In this document: positions 1 to 9,198 of the stretch, piece by piece
How the letters are laid out: every line of letters starts with the position of its first letter
Position numbering within the stretch: position 1 is the stretch's first letter
Assembly (NCBI GenBank): GCA_002746305.1
Contig: NVWV01000005.1
Location: 205,126 to 269,125 of the forward strand
Reading direction: 5' to 3'
DNA length: 64,000 nt
Source of the DNA: Bacteroidota bacterium
GTDB taxonomy: Bacteria > Bacteroidota > Bacteroidia > NS11-12g > UBA9320
The notes under the pieces: generated by a model
Told to the model about the DNA's origin: nothing
Seen by the model: the letters and a program-made list of their open reading frames with translations, nothing else
Database searches by the model: none
Position numbers and translations under genes: made by a program

Positions 1-155
1 AAACGAGAACACAATTGAACGCTAACCCCTTCTTTACCATCTATATAGAATTTTAGATTAGTTTCTGCTTGGTTAACATTTATGCCTACCAAAAAGCAAT
101 CAGAATCTTTCAATTCTTCTTCAATAATTCTCGATATAATTTGTTTTACGCTCAA
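1..155 (-). CDS. rimP: Ribosome maturation factor RimP, N-terminal part (runs off window start)
   Basis: Manual translation from TTG at 155: MSVKQIISRIIEEELKDSDCFLVGINVNQAETNLKFYIDGKEGVSVQLCSR, matching the RimP N-domain pattern (FLV...hhhIDGxxGVShxxC). Not in the ORF track because it is truncated. Confidence 0.8.
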   Translation of the reverse strand, partial: MSVKQIISRIIEEELKDSDCFLVGINVNQAETNLKFYIDGKEGVSVQLCSR

Positions 156-167
156 ATTTTTTTCTAA

Positions 168-193
168 GAAAAAAGGGGCTTTTAACCCCTTCC
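168..193 (-). promoter_or_regulatory. rimP leader hairpin (terminator-like attenuator)
   Basis: Minus strand reads GGAAGGGGTT-AAAA-GCCCCTTTTTTT: a GC stem plus U-tract between the promoter and the rimP start. Confidence 0.6.
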
Positions 194-212
194 TATTCTT
201 GTATATTTAGTG

Positions 213-220
213 CAAACCTA
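213..220 (-). promoter_or_regulatory. Bacteroidota -7 promoter element for rimP
   Basis: Minus strand TAGGTTTG matches the TAnnTTTG consensus. Confidence 0.6.
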
Positions 221-301
221 AGGTAATTGTGAATAATTTACAAGGGATTGAGCAATTGGATTACTTTGAATCCTTAATTTTGGTGTTAAAATCACTAATA
301 A

Positions 302-1102
302 ATGAATAAAAGACTCACTAAATTTAAGGTAATCGTTTTATTAATTGGATCTACATTGCTGATGGCCAATAGGGGAGGAACTCCAGGAGGTAGAACAGGT
401 TCATCTACTGATGGAAGTACCTGTGCAACTAACGGAGGGTGCCACGGTAACAACAATTCAACTGCAACAGCTCAAGACTTTATTACAAGTGACATACCAA
501 GCACAGGTTATGAAATAGGAGAGACGTATACTATAACCGTGAGTCCATCTAAATCTGGGGTATCAATTTGGGGTTTTGAAATGATGGCTGAAGGGGCAGG
601 AGGAGATGGAGTGGGGAGTTTTACTGGCAATTCAGAGGTCAACACACTAGAAGGTGGAATAAGAGCAACTCATAAATTTGCAAGTTCTAGCAACAGTGAT
701 GGGCAAACATGGTCTGTTGAATGGACGGCACCAGAACAGTCTGAAGGTGAAATTAGTTTTTATGCCGCTTCTTTGGCAGCAAACGGAACGGGTAATACAA
801 ATGGCGACAATGTTTTATTTGATACTTTGAAAGTATCGAGTAATGGACTAACCAATATTCAAAAAGTGTTGTCAAAATCAGTTACAGTTTATCCGAATCC
901 AGTAATAAACGTACTTAATGTAAAGGGATTAGGACGTGAAGAAGTGCGTCTAACACTATTAGATGCTAAAGGAAATAAGGTTTTACAACAGTCTTTTGAA
1001 AGTGAAAGTGGGGTAGATATTTCACGATTATCATCAGGAACATATTTTGCAAGTTTTTTTATTAGGGATGAGACCATCTTTAAGACTATTATTAAAGAAT
1101 AA
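302..1102 (+). CDS. Secreted Reeler-like (choice-of-anchor V-type) protein with T9SS type A C-terminal domain
   Basis: Signal peptide; G-rich N-terminus with CATNGGCH; WTAP...FY..A..ANG motif; C-terminal VYPNPV...LSSGTYF...KTIIKE CTD. Confidence 0.75.
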   Translation: MNKRLTKFKVIVLLIGSTLLMANRGGTPGGRTGSSTDGSTCATNGGCHGNNNSTATAQDFITSDIPSTGYEIGETYTITVSPSKSGVSIWGFEMMAEGAGGDGVGSFTGNSEVNTLEGGIRATHKFASSSNSDGQTWSVEWTAPEQSEGEISFYAASLAANGTGNTNGDNVLFDTLKVSSNGLTNIQKVLSKSVTVYPNPVINVLNVKGLGREEVRLTLLDAKGNKVLQQSFESESGVDISRLSSGTYFASFFIRDETIFKTIIKE

Positions 1103-1122
1103 CAACTTTTTTAATCTTAACA

Positions 1123-1162
1123 GGCTGAGCGGACTGGAGTACAATATCATCTGTTCAGTTTT
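1123..1162 (+). terminator. Possible intrinsic terminator after 302..1102
   Basis: GGCTGAGCGGA ... TCTGTTCAGTT stem with G-U pairs followed by a T-run; long loop. Confidence 0.35.
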
Positions 1163-1358
1163 CTAAAGTACTTTTCTTTTGTATTAATGATTATCATAAG
1201 CTGGAGCGTTTAAGTGGTCTTATTTTTCGAGCTCTAGCATTCAAGTTTGGATCGAAATTCAAGCTCGAAAAAATCAATCAATAAATTTTCAGAAGTTAAA
1301 CCACGTAAAACTGTATTTTCGCCGTTATCTACAAAAAGAATAAAAATTTTAACTCGAT

Positions 1359-4300
1359 ATGAAGAATTTTAAACTTATAAATACTATACTAGGCTGGGTG
1401 ACTTTTACAATTGCAACCATTGTATATGTGCTTACCTTAGAGCCATCGGTAAGTTTATGGGATTGTGGGGAGTTTATCTCAGCTGCATATAAATTACAGG
1501 TTGTACATCCTCCAGGGGCACCTCTCTTTCTTATGATAGGTAGAATCTTTACCCTTTTTGCAACTGAAGGTACCAATGAAGTGGCTATAGCAATGAACAC
1601 ATTTAGTGCAATTTCGAGTGCTGCAACCGTTATGTTTACTTTTTGGATAACAACTCATTTTGCAAAGAAAATTCTAAAGGTAGATATTAATGCTAAGTCA
1701 GTAGATTTAGCTAATGGTCTTGCGATATTGGGTGCAGGTCTAGTAGGAGCTCTATCCCTAACATTTATGGATACATTCTGGTTTAGTGCAGTAGAAGCAG
1801 AGGTATATGCTACTTCGTCATGCTTTATGGCTATGTCTTTCTGGGCTATCATTAAATGGGAAAAGATTAAAGAGGAACCAACCTCTGATAGATGGATTGT
1901 ATTTATTGCTTATATAATTGGTTTGGGTATTGGTCTTCACCTTTTAAATATACTTGTGGTTCCATCTATATTCTTATACTACTATATTAATAAGTACGGA
2001 ACGAGTACAGTCAATGTAGTTAAGGCTGGAGTTATTGGCGTTGGATCTATTGCCTTGCTACAATGGGGAATCATACCAAAAATTCCGGAAGTATCAGCCA
2101 ATTTTGATTTACTTTTTGTTAATACTTTTGGAATGTCATACAATTCTGGAACACTAGTATTTTTAATACTCTTACTTGTAACTATTATAACAGCTTTAAG
2201 AGCTTGTCATACAAAAGACAAGGTGTCCAAAATGGTTGCGTTAGTTGGTTTTGTAATTATTCTATTGATGTCTGGATTTGACAGCCCTTTAAGAATTTTT
2301 ATAAGATTATTGTTAGGAGCTAGTGTTATTTATGGGTTTATATATGCTCAAAAGAAAGGTAAGTTGCAGGTAGCAAATCTGGTTCTTGTATGCTTTGCTT
2401 TTATTATGATTGGATTTTCATCTTATGCTATGGTTGTGATACGGTCTAGTGCAGAGCCTGCTATTGACATGAATGATCCGCAAGATGCTCAAAGTTTGTT
2501 GAGTTACATTAATCGTGAACAATACGGGGATAGACCTCTAGTTTATGGCCCATATTGGACAGTTCAGGACTATAGAAATGCTACAGGAAGAGGACTCGAA
2601 ATAGAGGATGGTGGACCCCGATATAGAAGGGGCGATACGGAATATGAGGAAATAGGAAGAAAGCAGGATTTAAAGTGGGATGATAGTTATTCCACCTTTT
2701 TACCACGTATGGGTGACATGTCTGAGAAAGCAAAGTATTACCCTATATGGTGTGGTATGGAAGACATGTTCCTTCGGATTAATGTCTTAGAGCAACAAAT
2801 CAAACGGAATCCAAAAGATCAAGACTTAAGGGAGCAGCTTGCTAATATCAAAATGAAAAAGCCAAGCTTTAAAAATAATTTGACATTCTTGTTTAAATAT
2901 CAAATCCGATGGATGTATGTACGTTACTTCATGTGGAATTTTGCCGGAAGACAAAATGATATGCAAAATGTTTCCGGAGATAGGCAGAATGGTAATTGGA
3001 TATCTGGTATACGTTGGGTGGATGATAAGGTATTAGATATACCTCAGGATGTACCTAAGCACTTGAGCTATAATAAAGCTCATAATACATATTATTTCCT
3101 GCCTCTGATTCTTGGTTTATTAGGAATGATTGTTATGTTTAAGAGAAGTAAAATGGATTTTTATACGGTCTTAATTATGTTCATATTTACAGGTCTTCTG
3201 GTAGTTTTATACCTAAACCAACCACCACTTGAGCCAAGAGAAAGAGATTATACTTTTGCTGGGTCGTTCCAAACATTTTGTATCTGGATAGGTCTTGGGG
3301 TATTGTTTATTTATGATTTATTGAAGAATAAAATTGGTGGAGTAGGTACTGCAGTTGGAGCTACAGCTATAGCATTGGTGGCAGCACCATTTTTAATGGG
3401 TTCTCAAAACTGGGATGACCACGATAGATCAGATAGATATTTGGGTATTTCATTTGCTAAGAATTACTTAAATAGTTGTGAGAAGAATGCAATACTCTTT
3501 ACTAATGGAGATAATGATACATACCCACTTTGGTATGCTCAGAATGTAGAAAATTATAGAACAGATGTTCGTGTAATTAACCTTAGTTTACTTCCAACGG
3601 AATGGTACAGTAGTGCTCTTCGAAGAAAGGTCTTTGAGTCCGAAGCATTGCCATTTGGAATACCCGCCGAGAAAATGGAGGCAGGAAAGCGTGACTATGT
3701 AAGATTCTATGACACCAAGAAGTTTAATCAGAAGCAGTTTTACCCACTAGGCGAGGTATTGAATTATATTACTTCAGATAAGAAAAGTAAAATGCAGGCT
3801 ACTGCTGATGGTGAATTTATTAATATAGTACCTGTTAAGAATTATAGTTTGGCAGTAGACAAGCAAGCTATAATTGATCAAAAAATGGTTCCAGAATCTG
3901 ATACTTCTAAAATAGTAGATAAGCTGTTCTGGAATATTGGAAGGAATGCCTTGAGCAAAGGAGATTTAATCGTACTAGACATTATTGCAACGAATGCAAA
4001 ACAAGGATGGAAGAGACCAATTTATTGGACCACCACAACAGGCCCTTCTGTATATCTGAATCTCGATAAATACCTTAGAAACAATGGGTTGACTTATCAA
4101 TTGATACCAGTAGAAGCAAATCAAGGTAGACGGGGAATGGATGATGTAGACATGTTGTATGACAAATTTATGAACGTCTATGTATGGGGTAATATGGATA
4201 AAGGAACTATGTTCCTAGATGAGAAGGCACAATTAGTTCCTCAAAACTTGAGATCATCTTTTGTTCAGCTAGCCTCTTTCTTAGAAAGTGATGGAAGAGG

Positions 4301-4646
4301 TGATTCTGCTGCCAATATTTTAGACAAGTGTTATGCATCTATGCCAGAGTCAATTCTGCCGTTTAGTCTTAGATTAAAGGCTGGAAGTGCTGATATTTAT
4401 TATAAAGTAGGTCAACCAGAAAAGGGAGATAAATTTTTGAAAGAAGTTGGAGATGATGCATTTGAGTTAGTCAACTACTATAGAAAGATTAAAGCCAAAG
4501 GCATCAGTGGATATAATATAGATAGTCAAAAAAATGAGAACCTAAGTGTGCTAAGGAATGTTGGGCTTATGGCTAAACAATATGGTAGAGATGACTTGGC
4601 AAAGAAATATACAGATCTCTTTGATCAGTTGAATACAACTTACTAG
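1359..4646 (+). CDS. DUF2723 family polytopic membrane protein (GT-C fold, TMEM260-like glycosyltransferase)
   Basis: Motifs SLWDCGEFI, HPPGAPLF, FWFSAVEAEVY, PRERDY, FTNGDNDTYPLWY; many transmembrane segments. Confidence 0.85.
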   Translation: MKNFKLINTILGWVTFTIATIVYVLTLEPSVSLWDCGEFISAAYKLQVVHPPGAPLFLMIGRIFTLFATEGTNEVAIAMNTFSAISSAATVMFTFWITTHFAKKILKVDINAKSVDLANGLAILGAGLVGALSLTFMDTFWFSAVEAEVYATSSCFMAMSFWAIIKWEKIKEEPTSDRWIVFIAYIIGLGIGLHLLNILVVPSIFLYYYINKYGTSTVNVVKAGVIGVGSIALLQWGIIPKIPEVSANFDLLFVNTFGMSYNSGTLVFLILLLVTIITALRACHTKDKVSKMVALVGFVIILLMSGFDSPLRIFIRLLLGASVIYGFIYAQKKGKLQVANLVLVCFAFIMIGFSSYAMVVIRSSAEPAIDMNDPQDAQSLLSYINREQYGDRPLVYGPYWTVQDYRNATGRGLEIEDGGPRYRRGDTEYEEIGRKQDLKWDDSYSTFLPRMGDMSEKAKYYPIWCGMEDMFLRINVLEQQIKRNPKDQDLREQLANIKMKKPSFKNNLTFLFKYQIRWMYVRYFMWNFAGRQNDMQNVSGDRQNGNWISGIRWVDDKVLDIPQDVPKHLSYNKAHNTYYFLPLILGLLGMIVMFKRSKMDFYTVLIMFIFTGLLVVLYLNQPPLEPRERDYTFAGSFQTFCIWIGLGVLFIYDLLKNKIGGVGTAVGATAIALVAAPFLMGSQNWDDHDRSDRYLGISFAKNYLNSCEKNAILFTNGDNDTYPLWYAQNVENYRTDVRVINLSLLPTEWYSSALRRKVFESEALPFGIPAEKMEAGKRDYVRFYDTKKFNQKQFYPLGEVLNYITSDKKSKMQATADGEFINIVPVKNYSLAVDKQAIIDQKMVPESDTSKIVDKLFWNIGRNALSKGDLIVLDIIATNAKQGWKRPIYWTTTTGPSVYLNLDKYLRNNGLTYQLIPVEANQGRRGMDDVDMLYDKFMNVYVWGNMDKGTMFLDEKAQLVPQNLRSSFVQLASFLESDGRGDSAANILDKCYASMPESILPFSLRLKAGSADIYYKVGQPEKGDKFLKEVGDDAFELVNYYRKIKAKGISGYNIDSQKNENLSVLRNVGLMAKQYGRDDLAKKYTDLFDQLNTTY

Positions 4647-4656
4647 GTAAAGTATA

Positions 4657-5388
4657 ATGGCAAAAGAAGGGGTAGTTATAGGTTACCATGCGGTAGAAGA
4701 ATTGCTTCAAAGTGGTGAGACTATTGGTAAAGTGTATATCAATAGTCAAGCTGATCGACATAAAATTGGGACACTCCGGCAACTAGCAAAGGCGAATGAT
4801 ACTCCCTTTCAGATGGTGCCAGTTGAAAAACTAAATCGCATTAGTAGAGCCAATCATCAAGGAGTTATTGCCATAAAGAGTCCAATTGATTTTGTACCTT
4901 TAGAGGAGACAATTACTCGAATGTATGAGGAGGGGAAACCGCCGAAGATTTTGGTAGCTGATGGAATTCAAGATATAAGAAATATAGGAGCAATATCTAG
5001 GTCTTGCCTTGCCTTTGGTGTAGATCTAATGATTGTTGGGGTAAAAGCCAATGCCGAAATTGGTGAGGGAGCTATAAAGTCATCGGCTGGAGCATTGTTG
5101 AAGTTACCTGTAGCTCGTGTTAGCAGTTTGTCCAATACATTAACATATCTGAAGAGTTGGGGTTTGGATCAAATAGCTGCAAGTGAAAAGTCTGATGTGG
5201 TATTAAAGTCTGATACATTTAAGGAATTAGACTCCTGGGTGCTATGGATGGGTAATGAGGATAAGGGCCTTTCCAAAGAACGATTAGCACTAATGGACGC
5301 TACAGTATGCATAAATATGCCTGGAGATACAGACTCATTGAACGTTTCTGTTGCCGCTGGGATAGTGCTTCACTCACTAATTAGCTGA
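4657..5388 (+). CDS. rlmB: 23S rRNA (G2251-2'-O)-methyltransferase, TrmH/SPOUT family
   Basis: NHQGVIA, DxRNIGAI, GNEDKG and SLNVSVAAG SPOUT motifs. Confidence 0.85.
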   Translation: MAKEGVVIGYHAVEELLQSGETIGKVYINSQADRHKIGTLRQLAKANDTPFQMVPVEKLNRISRANHQGVIAIKSPIDFVPLEETITRMYEEGKPPKILVADGIQDIRNIGAISRSCLAFGVDLMIVGVKANAEIGEGAIKSSAGALLKLPVARVSSLSNTLTYLKSWGLDQIAASEKSDVVLKSDTFKELDSWVLWMGNEDKGLSKERLALMDATVCINMPGDTDSLNVSVAAGIVLHSLIS

Positions 5389-5518
5389 TTTGCAGCTGAT
5401 TGTATAATTTTGTACTAAGTATGCGGTTAATTGCATAAAAAAATTATTTTCGCAGCAAGTGAAAGGGCATATATTTTGCTATTCATGAATTAGTATAATT
5501 ATTTAAAAATTTAACTGA

Positions 5519-5740
5519 ATGTATTGGACTTTAGAACTAGCATCTTACTTAGATGACGCACCTTGGCCAGCAACCAAGGACGAGCTAATTGACTTTGCCA
5601 TTAGAACTGGAGCTCCTTTGGAGGTAGTAGAAAACCTGCAAGAGCTAGAGGACGATGGTGAGCCATTTGAAACAATTGAAGAGATTTGGTCAGAGTATCC
5701 GTCGACAGACGATTACTTTTTTAACCAAGACGAACTATAA
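5519..5740 (+). CDS. DUF2795 small acidic protein
   Basis: MYWTLELASYLDDAPWPATKDELID is the conserved Bacteroidota DUF2795 sequence. Confidence 0.9.
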   Translation: MYWTLELASYLDDAPWPATKDELIDFAIRTGAPLEVVENLQELEDDGEPFETIEEIWSEYPSTDDYFFNQDEL

Positions 5741-5764
5741 TACTTAAGAAATAATTAAGATTAC

Positions 5765-5797
5765 AAAGGGCCTCACTATTTATTTAGTGGGGCTTTT
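5765..5797. terminator. Bidirectional hairpin between convergent genes
   Basis: AAAGGGCCTCACTA-TTTATT-TAGTGGGGCTTTT. Confidence 0.55.
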
Positions 5798-6675
5798 ATT
5801 ATATATGGTTTATTGGTGATGATCAATTCATTGCCCTTTATCCAAGGATTAAGGCTTTTAAGAACGTGATAATTAGTGCCTAATGAAGCAGCATATTCAG
5901 ATATGTTTTGAATGGTGCTATCTGCATATATATCAATGGTTTCTATCGGACTATAAAAGTCCTTATCTTCAATATAAAATCCGTAAGAACTGGGATTTTC
6001 AATTATTGTTTTCAATGCAATTATTCTGAGGATATATCTAGAGGTTTCAGTGTTTAAGTGCATGTCAAAGTAATCTGAAACAAGCTGTTTGTTGAGGTCC
6101 TTGTTAATTCCATTTATACCCCTGTTATAAGAAGCTGCGGCAAGCGTCCAACTTCCAAATCTGTTATACGCTTTTTTCAGATATAGGCACGCTGCTTCTG
6201 TACTTTTTTCTAGATGATACCTCTCATCAACCATTCTATTAATTGATAGACCGTATGACTTACCAGATGAAGGCATAAATTGCCATATTCCTTTCGCACC
6301 AGCAGGTGAGGTTACATTTAATAAACCACTTTCTGCAACTGCAAGGTATTTGAAGTCATCTGGAATGCCATTTTTAGCAAGGATGGGTTCTATAACTGCA
6401 AAAGCTCTTTGGGTTCGTTTTAAAATTAGTAGTGTATTACTTTGCCAGTAGGAATTTACCAGTAGTTCTCTATCAAGTCTTTCTTTTATTTCAAATTTTT
6501 CTAGAGGGACAGCTTCTCCAGCAAATTGTAATTGACTAGGAATTGGTACAGGGTAAACCTTCATCCCATCGGACATCTTATTTTCCTGATCCATTTGTTC
6601 GGTTTGCTTACCTGATATGATCAGTACGGCGGTGAAGCCTAAGATTAATAGTGCTAAAAATTTGAATTTTTTCAT
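5776..6675 (-). CDS. Lytic transglycosylase (SLT domain, MltD-like)
   Basis: YLAVAESGL (catalytic Glu), GIWQFM, AASYNRG, ETSRY motifs. Confidence 0.9.
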   Translation of the reverse strand: MKKFKFLALLILGFTAVLIISGKQTEQMDQENKMSDGMKVYPVPIPSQLQFAGEAVPLEKFEIKERLDRELLVNSYWQSNTLLILKRTQRAFAVIEPILAKNGIPDDFKYLAVAESGLLNVTSPAGAKGIWQFMPSSGKSYGLSINRMVDERYHLEKSTEAACLYLKKAYNRFGSWTLAAASYNRGINGINKDLNKQLVSDYFDMHLNTETSRYILRIIALKTIIENPSSYGFYIEDKDFYSPIETIDIYADSTIQNISEYAASLGTNYHVLKSLNPWIKGNELIITNKPYIIKAPLNK

Positions 6676-6679
6676 TATG

Positions 6680-7288
6680 CTAAAACAACAATCCTATTTC
6701 AAAACTTAGATTTCTAATTTCTCCGCCTTTGCCAGTCTTTGGAAAGTATCCATCAAAATTAACTCCATTGTTTGCATTACTCAAGCCGACTTTTACACCA
6801 AACTGGAAACCTACAATTGGTCCATTAATGGTATAGTAACTTGCTAAACCGAAATCGAGGTCTTTAAAATTTAAATCGTTCAATTTTGATTTTTGATCAT
6901 TCCCAATATATAGGGATGAAAGGCCAAGATAAGATAAGTAAGGTCCAATGGAAATATTATTCTTATCAAGTAAATAAGATGGAAGAATAGCTGCTTCAAT
7001 GTAGAACAAAGCAATTTTAGTATATGCAGTATCTCCATTTTTAAAATTGGAACCTCTAAAACTTCCTAAAATTTCAGAGTGAAGAGACCATTTTTTGTCT
7101 AAAGGGGTCTCTAAGTATGCTCCAGCTGTATAGCCAAACTTGGGTCTTGGATTTTCAAACTCTGTTCCCGATAAAGTTGAAATATTTATGCTTGTCTTTA
7201 TACCAAGATCGAGTTCTGGTCGCTCTTTCTTTTGAGAAAACCCTAAGGTGTAAATAATAAGTCCTAGTATTAATGCAAATATTCTCAA
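6680..7288 (-). CDS. Outer-membrane beta-barrel (porin/PorT-like family)
   Basis: Signal peptide, alternating amphipathic strands, C-terminal Phe. Confidence 0.65.
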   Translation of the reverse strand: MRIFALILGLIIYTLGFSQKKERPELDLGIKTSINISTLSGTEFENPRPKFGYTAGAYLETPLDKKWSLHSEILGSFRGSNFKNGDTAYTKIALFYIEAAILPSYLLDKNNISIGPYLSYLGLSSLYIGNDQKSKLNDLNFKDLDFGLASYYTINGPIVGFQFGVKVGLSNANNGVNFDGYFPKTGKGGEIRNLSFEIGLLF

Positions 7289-7291
7289 TTC

Positions 7292-9145
7292 TTAATCTAT
7301 TTTTTTCCCTTGAAGAGCTTTTGCAATTTTTTCATCCATTGCCTTTTCCGCAAATTGACGCGAAAAATTATTCAATTCTTCTGTAGAGGTAACGATTAAA
7401 TTCCTGTCTTTAGCGTTTACAGCCTGTCTTAAAATTTGAACGTGCTTATTAATACCATCAATATCGGATGAAGTAAGAAGGTGAGCATTTTGATTTATAA
7501 ACTTGTCAGTAGCATAAATTAATTGATCTCCTTCTGCAATAGCTTCAGCTAGAGATCTTGTTTTCATATCTGATTCTGCATTATCTATGCTTGCTTTAAG
7601 CATGGATTTTATCTCGTCATCTGTAATGCCATATTGGGGCTTCATTTCTACTTGCTGTTGTACCCCAGATCTCTTTTCTTCGGCACTTACTTGAAGAATC
7701 CCATCTGCATTCAGCATAAAAGTCATTTCAATCTTTGGCATACCTGCAGGCATTGATGGAATATTTTGTAATATGAATTCTCCTAGTTTTCTGTTGTCAG
7801 CGACCATTTCTCGCTCCCCTTGATATACATTAATAGCTAAGTTCACTTGTCCATCCACTGACGTTGTATACTCTTTACGAAGTTTAGTGGGAATCTTGTT
7901 GTTCCTTGGAATAAGTACATCCATCATTCCTCCTAAGGTTTCTATTCCCAAAGATAAAGGAGTTACATCCAACAATAGCATGTCAGTTCTGTTTCCAGCT
8001 AGTATATCTGCTTCTATGGCAGCACCAAGAGCTACAACTTCATCAGGATTAATATTATTATTTACTTTAGCACTCATAAAGAGTTTTGATACTTTCTCTT
8101 TTACAAAAACAGTTTTAGTACTACCTCCAACCAAAACTATCTCATCAATGTCTTCAGCACGTAATTCAGCGTCTTTAAGAGCATTTTGAGAGCAAATCAA
8201 TGTCTTACATACAAGAGGATTAATTAATTCATTAAGTTGCTTAATATTTAGACTTAAAGGAATGTTTTTTCCACCCAAGAGTAAAACCGAATGAAATTCA
8301 CCACTTTCTCCGAGTATTTTTTTTGCGTTCTCAGCGGTTAGCCTAAGTGATTGTTTTTCGTTTTTAGATAGATTTTCGAGATTAAACAAGTCTTGCCAAA
8401 AATTGACAATCTGTTGGTCAAAATCATCCCCTCCAAGGCTGGTATCCCCATTCGTTGCAAGAACTTCAAAAATGCCATCTTGAATGGAGAGAATTGAGAT
8501 ATCAAAAGTTCCTCCTCCCAAGTCATATACTGCCACTGTACGGGGTTTTTCTGTGTCTTGACCAAGACCATAAGCTAAACTAGCAGCAGTTGGTTCATTA
8601 ATTATTCTAAGTACATCCAAACCAGCAAGCTTACCTGCATCACGTGTAGCTTGACGTTGAGAATCATTGAAATATGCAGGAACGGTAATTACTACTTTAG
8701 AGATTTGAGTATTTAGTTTTAATTCAGCTATGTTTTTTAATTCTTTAAGAATATACGATGATAGCTCGGTGGGAGAATATAATCGCCCTTCAATCCTCAC
8801 TTGAATCAACTTATCATCGTTGTCTACTATCTCATAGTTCAATTTGTGATTTCCTTTCATCACATCTTGATAGCTTTTACCCATTAATCTCTTAATAGAG
8901 TAGATGGTATTTTCAGGCTCATCAACCATTTTGTTTATTGCTGATTGACCAATGGATATTGCATCATTGCTAATGTGAAGGACACTTGGAACTATGCTTG
9001 CTTCATCTTTGGTAATGCAATATGGCATTCTGCTAGTTTCTTCTATACTAGCTATTAAGCTATTTGTTGTGCCTAAGTCTATACCTATGACTACAGAGCT
9101 TTTGGCAACTGTGCCCGAGGTAAGATTTATGGATATTTTAGCCAT
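7292..9145 (-). CDS. hscA: Hsp70-family Fe-S assembly chaperone HscA
   Basis: GIDLGTTNSL, TVPAYFND, DLGGGTFD; MAKISINL start and KAMDEKIAKALQGKKI end typical of Bacteroidota HscA; lacks the DnaK acidic tail. Confidence 0.8.
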   Translation of the reverse strand: MAKISINLTSGTVAKSSVVIGIDLGTTNSLIASIEETSRMPYCITKDEASIVPSVLHISNDAISIGQSAINKMVDEPENTIYSIKRLMGKSYQDVMKGNHKLNYEIVDNDDKLIQVRIEGRLYSPTELSSYILKELKNIAELKLNTQISKVVITVPAYFNDSQRQATRDAGKLAGLDVLRIINEPTAASLAYGLGQDTEKPRTVAVYDLGGGTFDISILSIQDGIFEVLATNGDTSLGGDDFDQQIVNFWQDLFNLENLSKNEKQSLRLTAENAKKILGESGEFHSVLLLGGKNIPLSLNIKQLNELINPLVCKTLICSQNALKDAELRAEDIDEIVLVGGSTKTVFVKEKVSKLFMSAKVNNNINPDEVVALGAAIEADILAGNRTDMLLLDVTPLSLGIETLGGMMDVLIPRNNKIPTKLRKEYTTSVDGQVNLAINVYQGEREMVADNRKLGEFILQNIPSMPAGMPKIEMTFMLNADGILQVSAEEKRSGVQQQVEMKPQYGITDDEIKSMLKASIDNAESDMKTRSLAEAIAEGDQLIYATDKFINQNAHLLTSSDIDGINKHVQILRQAVNAKDRNLIVTSTEELNNFSRQFAEKAMDEKIAKALQGKKID

Positions 9146-9198
9146 GCTGCAAAGGTATTTATTCTATTCTCAGAGAATTAAGAAATGGATATATAAAT

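Noticed and set aside
7292-9145. dnaK
   Set aside because: Lacks the DnaK GIDLGTTNSC...EG.RTTPS pattern and acidic tail; termini fit Bacteroidota HscA. Absence of adjacent isc genes is not unusual in this phylum.
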